This document shows positions 11,066 through 22,992 of a stretch of DNA of 64,000 bases, in pieces. How positions within the stretch are numbered: position 1 is the first letter of the stretch; the number at the start of each line of letters is the position of its first letter. Where the stretch lies: the NCBI GenBank assembly GCA_965287045.1, contig OZ336875.1, positions 16,368,001 to 16,432,000 of the forward strand. Direction: 5' to 3'. Below the pieces are notes generated by a model. It was not told where the DNA came from. It saw only the letters and a list, made by a program, of their open reading frames with translations, and made no database searches. The stretch comes from Carcharhinus amblyrhynchos (taxonomy: Eukaryota). The position numbers and the translations under genes were made by a program.

Positions 11066-14000
11066 AGAACATATAACATAGAAAACTACAGCACAAACAG
11101 GCCCTTCGGCCCACAAGTTGCACTGATCATATCCCTACCTGCTAGGCCTATCTATAACACTCAATCCCATTAAATCCCATATACTCATCCAGAAGTCTCT
11201 TGAAAGGCCCCAACGAGTTCGCCTCCACCACCACCGACGGAAGCCAATTCCACTCACCCACCACCCTCTGAGTGAAAAACTTACCCCTGACATCTCCTCT
11301 GTATCTACTCCCCAACACCTTAAACCTGTGTCCTCTCGTAGCGACCATTTCAGCCCTGGGAAATAGCCTCTGAGAATCCACCCGATCTACACTTAACATC
11401 TTATAAACCTCTACCAATCACCTCTCATCCTTCGTCTCTCCAGGGAGAAAAGAACTAGCTCCCTCAACCTATCCTCATAAGGCATGCCACCCAATCCATC
11501 TTTGTAAATCTCCTCTTCACCCTCTTAATAGCTTCCACATCCTTCTTGTATTGAGGCGACCAGAACTGCGCACAGTACTCCATGTGGGGTCTGACAAGGG
11601 TCTTATAAAGTTGCAGCATTATCTCCCGACTCCTAAACTCAATCACTCGATTAACGAAGGCTAGTACACCATATGCTTTCTTGCCATCCTCCACCTGCAA
11701 TGCCAATTTAAGAGTCCTATGGACCCGGACCTCAAGGTCCTTCTGATCCTCTACACTGCTAAGAGTCTTACCCTTGATATTATACTCCTTCATCCCATTG
11801 GATCTGCCAAAATGGACCACTACACATTTATCCAGGTTGAAGTCCATCTGCCACTTCACCCAGTCTTGCATCCTATCTATGTCACGCTGCAACTTCTGAC
11901 ATCCCTCCAGACTATCCACAACACCACCAACCTTCGTGTTGTCGGCAAACTTACCAACCCATCCCTCCACTTCCTCATCCAGGTCACTTATGAAAATTAC
12001 AAACAGCAAGGGTCCCAGAACAGATCCCTGGGGCACTCCACTGGTGACCGACCTCCATATAGAAAAAGACCCATCGACAACCACCTGCCTTCTGCAGGCA
12101 AGCCAGTTCTGGATCCACAAGGCCAAAGCCCCTTGGATCCCATGCCCTCTCACTTTCTCAAGAAGTCTTGCATGGGGGACCTTATCGAACGCCTTGCTGA
12201 AGTCCATATAAACCACATCCACCGCTCTTCCTTCATCAATATGTTTAGTCACATTTTCAAAGAACTCAACCGGGCTTATAAGGCACGACCTGCCCTTGAC
12301 AAAGCCGTGCTGACTACTTTTGATCATACTAAACTCCTCTAAATGTTCATAAATCCTGTCCCTCAGGATCCTCTCCTTCAACTTACCAACCTCTGAGGTT
12401 AGACTCACCTGTCGGTAATTTCCTGGGCTATCCCTGTTCCCTTTCTTGAATATAGGAACCACATCCGCAATCCTCCAATCTTCCGGACCCTCTCCCGTCT
12501 CCATTGACAACGCAAAGATCATCACCAGAGGCTCTGCAATCTCTTCCCTCGCCTCCCACAGTAACCTGGGGTATATCCCATCCGGTCCCTGGTGACTTAT
12601 CTATCTTGATGCTATTCAAAATTTCCAACACATCCTCTTTCTTAATGTCCACATACTCAATCTTTTCAGTCCGCCGCAAACATGTAGTACAACCAACCAG
12701 ATCATTTTCCACCATGAATACTGAGGTAAAGTATTCATTAAGCACCTCTGCCATTTCTACCGGGTCCGCACAAACTTTTCCCCCTTCACCATTTTCCACC
12801 ATGAATACCGAGGTAAAGTATTCATTAAGTACCTCTGCCATTTCTACCAGTTCCACACAAACTTTTCCCCCTTCACTTTTTATCGGTCCTATTCCTTCCC
12901 ATCTCATCCTTTTACTCTTCACATATTTGTAGAACGTCTTGGGGTTCTCCTTAATCTTACCCGCCAAGGCCTTCTCATGACCCCTTCTGGCACTCCTAAT
13001 TTCCTTTTTAAGCTCCTTCCTACAACCCAAATACTCCTCTAGATACTTAACACCGCATAGCTCTCTGAATCTTCTGTACGCCTTTCGTTTCTTTTTGACT
13101 AAGTTCATTACAACCTTTGTGCACCATGGTTCCCATAACCTACCAAAACCTCCCTGTCTCATCGGAACATTGTCATGCAGAGCTCCAGACAAACATTCCT
13201 TGAAAATCCACCACCTTCCTTCGGTACTTCTCCCCAAGAATACCTCTTTCCAATTTACTCTTCTAATTTCGTGCCTGATGGCTTCATATTTCCCCTTACT
13301 CCAGATAAACACTTTCCTAGCCTGCCTGATCCTATCTCTTCCCAATGCTGTCGTGAAGGAGATAGAATTATGACCGCTACCCCCAAGATGCTCTCCCACC
13401 AAGAGATCCAACACCTGTCCAGGTTCATTAGCCAGTACCAGATCAATTACAGCCTCTCCTCTCATAGGCTTATCCACATACTGTGTCAGGAAACCCTCCT
13501 GAACACACCTAACAAACTCCTCCTCATCCAAACCCCTTACCCTAGGGATATTCCAATCGATGTTTGGGAAATTAAAGTCTCCCATCACGACAACTCTACA
13601 TCTACAACTCTACATTATTACTACATCTCTCCAGGATCTGTTTCCCTTTCTGCACTTCAACATCCCTGTTACTATTGGGCAGCCGATAGAAAACACCCAG
13701 CAAAGTTACTGACCCCTTGCTGTTCCTAATTTCCACCCACAAAGACTCCGTAGACAATCCGTCCATGGTGTCCACCTTCTCTACAGCTGTGACACTATGC
13801 CTGATCAACAGTGCCACTCCCCACTCTTTCGCCTCACTCCCTGTGCTTCCTGAAACATCTGAATCCCGGCACCTGAAGTACCCAGTCCTGTCCCTGAGAC
13901 ACCCAAGTCTCTGTAATGGCCACCACATCACATTCCAAGCAGCAATCCACGCTCTAAGCTCATCCACTTTATTCACTACACTCCTGGCGTTAAAATAGAT

Positions 14001-15159
14001 ACATCTCAGACCTTTGGTCTGAGCACTCCCCTTCTCCATTACCCATCTATCCTCCCTCTTACACAGTCTACAATCCTTTTCTATTTGCAAGCTAACCTCC
14101 TCACTTATAGTCACCTCATCTCGATTCCCTCCCCCCAAGCTTTCTAGTTTAAAGTCCCCCCAGTAGCCTTAGCCAATCTTTCCGCCAAGTTAGTTCCGTC
14201 TCTCCTACACCAGCTGTTAAGCCAAGTGTTAGCTACACTGTCTTCCTACTTCTAGCCTCAGTGGCATGTAGCACAGGGAGTAATCCTGAGATTGCAACCC
14301 TAGAAGTCCTGCTTTTTAACTTTCTACCTAACTCCCTAAACTGCTGCTGCAGGATCATGTCACTCTTCCTACCTATGTCTTTAGTACCAATATGTACCAC
14401 TGACTGTTCACCCTTTACTATCAATATGTACCTCTGTCTGTTCACCCTCTCCCTTCAGAATGCTTTCTGCCCATTCAGAAATATTCTGGACCGTGGTACC
14501 AGGGAGGCAACATACCATCCTGGAGTCTCTTTCATATCCACAGAAGCACCTTTCTGCACCCTTAACTATAGAGTCCCCAATAATGATTGATCTAGTGGTC
14601 TTTGTCCCTCCCTGCTTAACAACAGAGCCAGCCATGGTGCCACTGCTCTGGCTGCTGCTGCTGTTATCCCCTGATAGGCCATCCCCCAGCAGTAACCAAA
14701 ATGACATACTTGTTAGAGAGGGGGATGACCACAGGGGATTCCTGCACTGATTGCCTGCCCCTTCTAGCATTCACTCATCTATCTACCTACACCTTGGGTA
14801 TGACCGCATCTCTAAAGCTTCTATCTATGATGCTTTCTGCCATCTTCATGCTCCAAAATGCATCCAAATGCTGCTCCAACCTATTCATGTGGTCTATAAG
14901 GAGCTGTAATTGGGTGCACTTCCTGCAGATGTAGTTGTCCAAGATGCTGGAAGCATCACCGATCTCCCACATGTCATAAGCAAGGCATTTAACCCCACTG
15001 ACTGACATTTATAGCACCAATTAAATTATTTAAGAAAATTTATAAAACTCTTACCTTCACTTTCACAGTGGCCTTTTTTTTGGTTCGAGGAGGAGGAGGG
15101 AGAGACGGAAACACTAATGTAGTGTTTCGGGCTTACCGCTCCTTGACACCAGATCTTCC
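11066..15159 (-). mobile_element. Near full-length CR1 LINE (ORF1 Zn finger + SGNH esterase; ORF2 APE endonuclease + RT), frameshifted and inactive
   Basis: ORF1 pieces: CLAYDMWEI..YICRKC, IIIGDSIVKG..MVCCLPG, VVHIGTKDIG. APE: CIYFNARSVVNKVDEL, GVALLIR, MGDFNFP, IDLVL. RT: YMDFSKAFDKVPH, GVPQGSVLGPLLF, FADNTK. (AGAACAT)n tail at 11066. Possible TSD ACTT (11062-11065 / 15160-15163). Confidence 0.95.
12703..12876. repeat. 87 bp tandem duplication inside CR1 ORF2 (in frame, 29 aa)
   Basis: Units start at 12703 and 12790; the protein shows EGGKVCxxxVEMAEVLNEYFTSVFMVEN twice. Confidence 0.95.
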
Positions 15160-15419
15160 ACTTCCCATTTTTTAGTAGATGTTGCTGGGCCAACTTCCCA
15201 GAATGCACCAGTGAAGTCCCTAGCTGCTTCTACCAGGAATTGCATTCCAGAATATGACAACTTGATTTGTAAAAAAAACAAATGGGTCATGATCTTACCT
15301 GTCATTTACACCATGCTCCTGCTGCAGTGAAGTTGGATAATTTGGCAGGCAGCCAAATTTCTGTTCACTGCAGCGGGATGAGAAAATAATGAACAGTGAT
15401 AAGCTTCCAGTCAATATCT

Positions 15420-15880
15420 TTTAATCACTCATCTGGTTCCTATATCAATTTTCTTATATCAGTACCTCCCTGTTTCTCACTATTGGGATAAATTATTCCC
15501 TTATTTATTCTATCAAAACCACACATAGGGTGGAATTTTCCTGTCCCACCACCACGGCAATCATAGTAGGCAGAACATGGACCATACAAAGATCTGTTGA
15601 CGTCGGGTGGAATTTTCCAGTTTTGAGGCGAACGCAACCGGAAAATCCTGCCCACAGTTTCAAACAACTCTATTAAATCTTTCCTTAAACTTCTCTGCTC
15701 TAAGGAGAAAAATCCCATGTAACTGAAGTCCTTCATTCCTGATACCAATCTCATAAATCCTCTCCACGCTGTTACACAACATCTTGATATCCTTCCTAAA
15801 ATGTTGGACTTCATTGGACGTAAAGATGGATATAATACTCCAGCTGAGACTAACCAGTAACTTATAATGGCTTGGTATGA
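15420..15880 (-). mobile_element. Old CR1 fragment interrupted by a MITE
   Basis: ORF 15440-15814 contains FFSLEQRSLRKDLIELF. Confidence 0.7.
15528..15653. mobile_element. MITE, PIF/Harbinger-like
   Basis: TIRs GGGTGGAATTTTCC / GGAAAATCCTGCCC; flanks ATA / ACA (3 bp TSD with one mismatch). Confidence 0.7.
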
Positions 15881-18800
15881 CTTTCCTTATGTCCTACCAT
15901 ATGACTGATATTCTTCATTCCTCGCATTATCAGCAGAGTTGAACCATAAAAGATGCATAATGTTCAAAAGTCAGGATGAGTATAATATAGTGAATATTCT
16001 GAATATTTCCTCCATGTACTCACATGGGAAGACCAGAACAACATGCCCTGCTCATACAAAGCTATTCTAAATGCAATTAGGTGGAAGTTCATGCAGGTGA
16101 ATATAAAATGCTACACATAAGGAAAAACATATTATTTCATGAATATTGTTGAAACAGTTATGGATGAACGTGAAAGAAATCTAGGGGTCTTAGTAGACTT
16201 GAGGCTCACCATGTCTAATCAATGCAAAGTCAACCAACCCAACTGAAATAGTTCTTTAGAGGTCAGTGTCTCTTCCCTTTATTTACAAACTCAATTCCAC
16301 TCCAAAGAGTGCTTCAGGTACCAAGTCAGAATCCAAAGTCACAGTAGCCCTGATATTCCCCTATATATACACAGGCAAGACTCCCTGATTGAACAGGCAG
16401 TTACCTCAACCAGGGAGCTCATACTCCAAGAGTCCTCTTTGAAGTCATTACCACAAAAGCACTTTGAACCAACATCACAGAAATAGATTATCAGGTGATT
16501 ATCACATCGCTGTTGATGGGACTTGCCTGTGCACAAATTGGTTGTCACATTACAATCAAGACTACACTTTAAAAGTATTCCATTGACTGTAAATGTGCAG
16601 AGGTCATAAAGATTATTTAGAAATGCAGGCCTTTCATTCCTTTATTGCCACTGCCTACTTGCACATTTGGCTCAGGTTTTCACCTGCCACAAATGGCTGT
16701 TGGGTCTGCAGATGGTTTTGAGTTGTGTCTGCTGAAGATCTGCTGGAAAGAGTGAAACAGAAAGAATTCAAAACTACTTCATTTGCTGTAAAATGTTTTT
16801 GGACATTCTGAAGTCATGAAAGGTGCTTTATAAATGCAAATCTTAATTTTATCTTCCTTGTTACATAGCTAAAACAGAAAAAAAAACAAATTTGCAAAAT
16901 ACAAGAAAGGGGAGATAGGTGATTGAATTTTGTATTGATCTAATCAGATTGCATCTTAAATAGTCCATCCTGTTCTGGTGGTTTCGGGGGCAATGTACAC
17001 ATTCCATTTCACCTTACTTTTAACAGGTCTTACGTATTTGATTCCATTGAAGTAACATCATCACTCTCAAAAGAGGAACTTATCAATCTCTTACAGAAGT
17101 TCTATATTGGGACACTCAGCAAAAAATTCCAATAATGATTTTGACCATTCAGCCTGCTTTATGCTGTTGCATATCTCACCTCATTTATTAGTAATTTATT
17201 ATTGCAATATCCCAGCCTCAATTTTCAGGGCGCAAGGTTTTCACTGAAATGTCTGTACCAACCGTGAATCACTCGTGGAAAGTAACTCTTGGAATGAGCT
17301 CTCGACCTTCTGTCATTAAGTTTGCTTGACTTTTAGCAATCTTCACTTTAATTATGGCTGTGGTCAGGTGATGGCATAGCAAATAGTTGAAACCTGCACA
17401 TGTAGGAAGGCCTGTGGCAAATAAACTCAATACAGATATAAGTGTGAGGTTATGTACATTGGAAAAAGTGCGAGACACAGTTACTTAGACAAGGTTGAAG
17501 GAGTTGAAAAGGTCAAAAGCAATCTGGAAGTGATCACCTTCATATGTTTGGTCATTACTAAGCAGCAATCAGCAAGGCTAATGAGTGTGGTACCACATTA
17601 GATCATTAGATTAAGAAAGGCACCATTACAAATGCCATAGCATGTTTCGTTGCTTTTTCAATTTAAATTATGATATGCATGTGTATAAAAAATTAAGTAA
17701 TTTCATTACTATGTCATTTTTCCTTATTTACATTTCTCTATCTGTTGTTTTCTTATAGTTGGCCCTCAGCACAATTTGAATGCTTTAATCAGAAACATCT
17801 AATTGCTTCCCACTGATGGAGCTAAGCTCTGCACCAGTCCTCCTTCCTCACAATCTGAATGTGTTCCCAGTATATGCTTCCACTGCCACACAAGAATAGT
17901 TTCAGAATGCCAGAGAGAAAATTAATTATTGGCACACAGGTATCAAAAACAAAGGACAGTTCCTGCCTGGTCATAGGCAGATCACAGAATTTAGCTGCAG
18001 ATAATGAGACTAAAGTTGCCCTGCTGCTGCTATAAGCACGCAGAGACTTTTATCTGGTTAACAGCATCATAAAATTGAAGTCACTTTACATAAAATTCAG
18101 GCTCCAAAAATGTATTGGAAAACAGAAAACTGTAGAGACTGCTTTTAATGTTTATTTCTTAGTATCACAAGTAGGCTAACATTAATACTGCAATGAAGTT
18201 ACTGTGAAAAACATGGAAGTCTGAAACACAAACTGTACATCTGACAAAGGTAGTTTGGCAGGGGGGGTGGTGGGGTGGATGGGTGGAGAGTCCATATCTG
18301 AAGCAACATTTCATCCATTCTGTCCAATGGAGGCTCCTTGGCCTGCTCGCTGTTTCCATTTTATTTACAGAAATGTTTTCTTGCCAGTATTATTCTACCT
18401 CTCAAATCACGTTACACCGGGGTGGAGGGAGGGCAATGAAGTATTTGAGTTCAAGCCAACATGCTTATGATTGAAAGAGTTTGTTCAGATATCAGATTCT
18501 GAGAAATCACTGTTCAAAAATGTAACCTAACTGGAACTCACTTTAAAAGAACACAGCTTGCAGTCTGTCCTACCTGTTACTGAATCTCTCAGTTCCATTT
18601 AGTCAAGCCTGTCTACTGTGCCACCAAAGCACAAGATTGCGGATATTAGGTCAGAATTATTCATTCGCTACTATCCTCACCCTTCCACCTCCCACGCCCC
18701 TCACTCCCACCACTACTTAATGCTGTATTTTATTCCTTTACAGCTCATGTTCCAGTTATTTGAGAAAAGAGGGTGAGTATAATATATTTGAGAGGAAAAA

Positions 18801-19293
18801 AGGTGACTTTGCACTGACGGTTCTCAAAGCTCCCCACCTGGGGCTTTCCATGTATCGTGCCTGCGTCTGCTGTAGATTAATCGATAGAGTTTGATTGTTA
18901 CGGTCAGCCAACAGCTCAATTTTTACTGCATCATGTGACTAGCCTGATGTTAGAAGGTGAATCAGATGGACCTTGGGCTATGCTTCATGTAGTAATTGTT
19001 ATGTTCCTGTTCTGTCAGCGAAACTAAACTGGACAAATAGACTTCCAACCTAATTTTGAACTAATTTGGTATTCTTGTACTTTGAACGATTGCTCCTGTC
19101 TTTTTTTTATTATTAATTTTTATGAGTTGCGGGCATCACTGGCTGAGCCAGCATTTATTGCCTATACCAAACTATCCATGTCATTTGATAGTCAAACATA
19201 TTGCTGTGGCTCTGGAGTGACATGTAGGCCAAACCAGGTGAAGACACCATTTGCATACATCACATTAACACAAACACCCAGTACAGAAATCAA

Positions 19294-19983
19294 GGGCTGG
19301 GTTTTTGTTCCTGGCTCCTGATCCCGTTGTTGAGTTGAAATGCAAGTCAGGAACCTGAACATGACAGCTTCATAATCCTGGGCTGCCTCCAGGAGCCACG
19401 TCCAATGAGAAATGGTGGCAGGCTCTGCATCTGAGAGAGATAAAGTACCTGAGGCTCTGGGCGGCTGGCAACCCCCTCTCCCCCCACCAGGAGTGATGAC
19501 TGCTACTATCATAGGTTGGAGAAAAAGAGGGCACCTCAAGATGGAAGCTCCCTCTGAAGACTTACAAAATTAAAAATAAAAAGTGACTAGAGATGTCAGG
19601 CCATCGATGTGGGGAGGTGCGGGGTTAGCGGGGGTGGACAGGAAAGACTGCAATCACAAGTATAACTGTATAACCTTCTGGCAGCCATGGTGCAAATGGG
19701 TTGGAATTAATTGCAGGCCCTCCACCACCACCAACCAGCCTGCCACAAGGAGGCCACCTTCATCCATCTACCAGGCTTCTGCCTCAACAAGGGCAATCTG
19801 TGAAGTGTGCCCACACTAGCTTTGATGGCTACCCACCACTGTCAGACAGGTAGCCAATGCTCCCTAGGAACAGCCTTAATGAAAATAAGCCAAAAACAGA
19901 AACATGCCAGCAGTACTGTTCTGCAAAATTGTTAGCATGTCTACCTCAAAACCTATCACCTTTACTGAATGAAAATTCAGCCC
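19294..19983. mobile_element. Non-autonomous PIF/Harbinger-like DNA transposon (690 bp)
   Basis: TIRs GGGCTGGGTTTT / AAAATTCAGCCC; 3 bp TSD CAA on both sides. Confidence 0.7.
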
Positions 19984-20374
19984 CAAATAAGGAAAGCTTT
20001 ATTTCATTTGGCACTCTCTGAACCAGAATTCTCTGCTAATTGGAATTTCTGATGTTCCCCTAATATGAACCATCACTGTATCAACCGGAAGCAATTATGA
20101 AGTCATCTGGAACCTGTACTGTATAATATTTTTATTTTGTTTTTACGTACTATTGAAGATTAGGAGTGAAAATAATTCTGTTCTTTACTTCCTGAACACT
20201 TGCATATTAGCTAAAATATTGCTCTGCATTCCAATGGTAATTGGAATCTCTGTTAACCGGCATTTAGATTAACCGTCACACTCAATCCCTGCACATGCCA
20301 GATAATAAAGATTTTATGGTATCACTTTAAAATGTTTTTAAACAACCAGATTTTGTCATGCTCAGTTTCAGCTG

Positions 20375-20665
20375 TACCTAGCTCATCTGGGTAGGACATC
20401 TGTCCTTGAGTCAAAAAGTTTCAAACCTACTTCAAGACAAAAACATAAAATCTAGGTTCACATTCCCAGTGTATTACTGAGAGATGACTACACTGTCAGT
20501 GTACCTTTCAGATTAGATTTTAAACTGCAACGCCAACTGCACATGAGGCAGACGTAACATATCCCCCAGCAGAATTCGAAGAAGATCTTCCTATATACTG
20601 CCAGCATTTCGCAATCAATTAGCAATGATAAATCAAATAATTAGGAGATTGCTGTCTACACACTG
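20375..20665 (+). mobile_element. Decayed Deu-domain SINE (SacSINE1-like)
   Basis: Similar to 35165-35590: TCTAGGTTCACATTCCCAGTGTATTACTGAG..CACTGTCAG..CCTTTCAGAT. Confidence 0.55.
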
Positions 20666-20667
20666 AC

Positions 20668-21890
20668 TTTTTTTATTCATTCAATTGACTTGGGCATCGC
20701 TGGCAAAGCCAATATTTATTTCCCATCCTTAATCACCCTTGAGAAAGTGGTGGTGAGCTGCCTTCTTGAACTGCTGCTGTCCAAATGGTGTAGGTACACC
20801 CATAGTGCTGTTAGGAAGGGAGTTACAGGATTTTGACCCAACGACAGTAAAGGAACGATGATATATTTCCATGTCAGGATCATGTGTGGACTGCAGGGAA
20901 ACTTGCACTTGGGGGTGTTCCCATGCATCTATTGCCCTTGCCTTTCAATGTAGTACAGGTCATAGGTTCGGAAGGTACAGTCAAAGAAGCCTGGGTGAGT
21001 TGCTGCACTGCATCTTGCTGATGGTTTACAATACTGCCACTTTGAGTCAGTGGTGGAGGTAATGAACATCAAGGTGGTGGACGGGGTATCAATCAAGCAA
21101 ACTGTTTTGTCCTGGATGATTTTGAACTTCTTGAGTGTTGTTAGAATTGCGCTCATTCAGGCAAGTGGAGAATATTCCATCACACTCCTAATTTGTGTCT
21201 TATAGATTATGGACAAGCTTTGGGGAGTCAGGAGGTGAGTCACTCACTGCAAAATGCTGAGCCTCTGTACTGCTCTTTCAACCATAGTATTTATATGGCT
21301 TGTCTAGTTCAGTTTCTCCCAGAAATGGTAACTCCCAGATATTGATAGTGGGGGATTCAGCAATGGTAATCGCAATGAATGTCAAAGGGCAATGGTTATA
21401 TTCTTTCTTGTTGGCAATGGTCATTGCCTGACACTTGTGTGACGTGAATGTTACTTGTCACTTATAAGCAAAAGCCTGAATATTGTCTAGAGCTTGCCAC
21501 AAATGGATACGTACTGCTTCAATATATTAAGAGTTGTGATTGCTGCTGAACATTGAGCAATCACCAGCGAACATTCCCACTTCTAAGCTTACAATGGAAG
21601 AAAGGTAATTGAAAAAGCAGCTGAAGATGATTGGGCCTATGACACTACTCTGAGGAATTCCTGCACTGATGCCTGGGGCTGAAATGATAAACCTCCAACA
21701 ACCACAACTATCTTCCTTTGCGCCAGGTAAGGTTCCAACCATTGGAGAGTTCTCCTCCTGATTTGAATTGATTTTAGTTTTACCAGGGTTCTTTGATGTC
21801 ACACTTAATCTAATGCTGCCTAGATTTCAAGTCACTCTCACTGCACCACTTGAGTTCAGTATTTCTGTCCATGTTTGGATCAAGGCTGTA
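20668..21890 (-). mobile_element. Old CR1/L2-group LINE 3' part (RT)
   Basis: ORF 21527-21802 has GIPQSSVIGPIIFSCF..GMFAGDC (PQGSVLGP / FADD); its 3' end is shared with the SINE family at 38880 and 43205. Confidence 0.8.
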
Positions 21891-21894
21891 ATAA

Positions 21895-22172
21895 TGTTTG
21901 ATTTTTAGTTATTATTCTCACATTATTAATATACAGTGAAAAGTATTGCTTCTTGTGGGCTATATAGACAAAGCATACCATACATAGAGGAAGAAAGGAG
22001 AGAGTGCAGAATGTAGTGTTAGTCATAGCTAGAATGTAGAGAAAGATCAACTTAATGTGAGGTAGTTCCATTCAAAAGTCTGATGGCAGCAGGGAAGAAA
22101 CTGTTCTTGAGTCAGTTGGTAAGTGTCCTCAGACTTTTGTATCTTTTTCCTGACAGAAGAAGATGGAAGAGA
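21895..22172 (-). mobile_element. Rex1/Babar-type LINE 3' end
   Basis: (ATTTG)-like tail plus ATACAGTGAAAAGTATTG motif shared with the copies at 49931 and 61863. Confidence 0.75.
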
Positions 22173-22173
22173 G

Positions 22174-22920
22174 TGGGTGGAATTTTACAACCTCATTGCA
22201 CCTGTTTTGCCACTGGAAAATGCTGTAAAATTAGGTGTAAAGCGACTAGTGGGAATGGTGTCTGTTTTCGCACCTGTTCCCATCTTATCATGGAAAAGAA
22301 ATTGGCACAATTGGGAACCCACCCAAAATGGGTGGGTTTAAAACATGTAAACATCAATTTACATGTTTTAGCAACCTTCACACCCAACTGTTCCAGCTCA
22401 CTTGCCTTTATGACCTCGCTCGCTGTAGCGCATTGGTCTGGAAAACATCTCCACTCTAAAACCAGATTCTGGCACTTAATCAGTGAAGATGAGCAAGGAG
22501 GTAAGTCGCTGTGTTCAAACTTCTCCATGTTGCTCAGAGGGGGTTGTTTCATGGCAGACATGTTGTGTTTCGGGTCGGGGGGCCTGTGAGTGTGTAGAGG
22601 ATTGGGGGGCTGCAGTCTTTCCTGTTTCCCACCCCTCACCCCCACCCTGCACCTCCCCACATCGATGGCTTGACATTCTAGTCCAACCTTGGACATCACA
22701 AAGTCCAATCTCGGACTCTCAGCTCAGACCCGGGTCTGAGCGCTGACCTCAGGTCGTAGGGATGCTTCTGAGTCCTAGTACAGGAAGCAGGAAGCACTGT
22801 TGCAGGTGGGGGATGTGCTGAAAACTCTTTGCAGTGGCAGTGCTGTGCTGCTGGGGCTAGTGGGGGGGAATGTGGGGCTATGTTGCTGAGAGGCTGTGGG
22901 GGCCGAGAATGGCTGGACAG
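22174..22920. mobile_element. Harbinger-like non-autonomous element (one TIR seen)
   Basis: Begins GGGTGGAATTTTAC like the other MITE TIRs and interrupts the Rex LINE. Confidence 0.45.
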
Positions 22921-22992
22921 TAGTGAATCAGATGAATATTTATGATAATGGTTTTATGGTCAGAATTACTGAGACTAGCTTTTTAATTACAC

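Noticed and set aside
11719-14934. Plus-strand ORFs of 90-207 aa
   Set aside because: Antisense shadows of the minus-strand CR1.
17759-17939. Possible exon between TTTTCTTATAG and CAG|GTATCA
   Set aside because: Stops in all three frames and a weak donor.
22083-22746. 168-171 aa ORFs on both strands
   Set aside because: They span a Rex LINE / MITE junction or the MITE interior; no transposase or Myb motif recognised.
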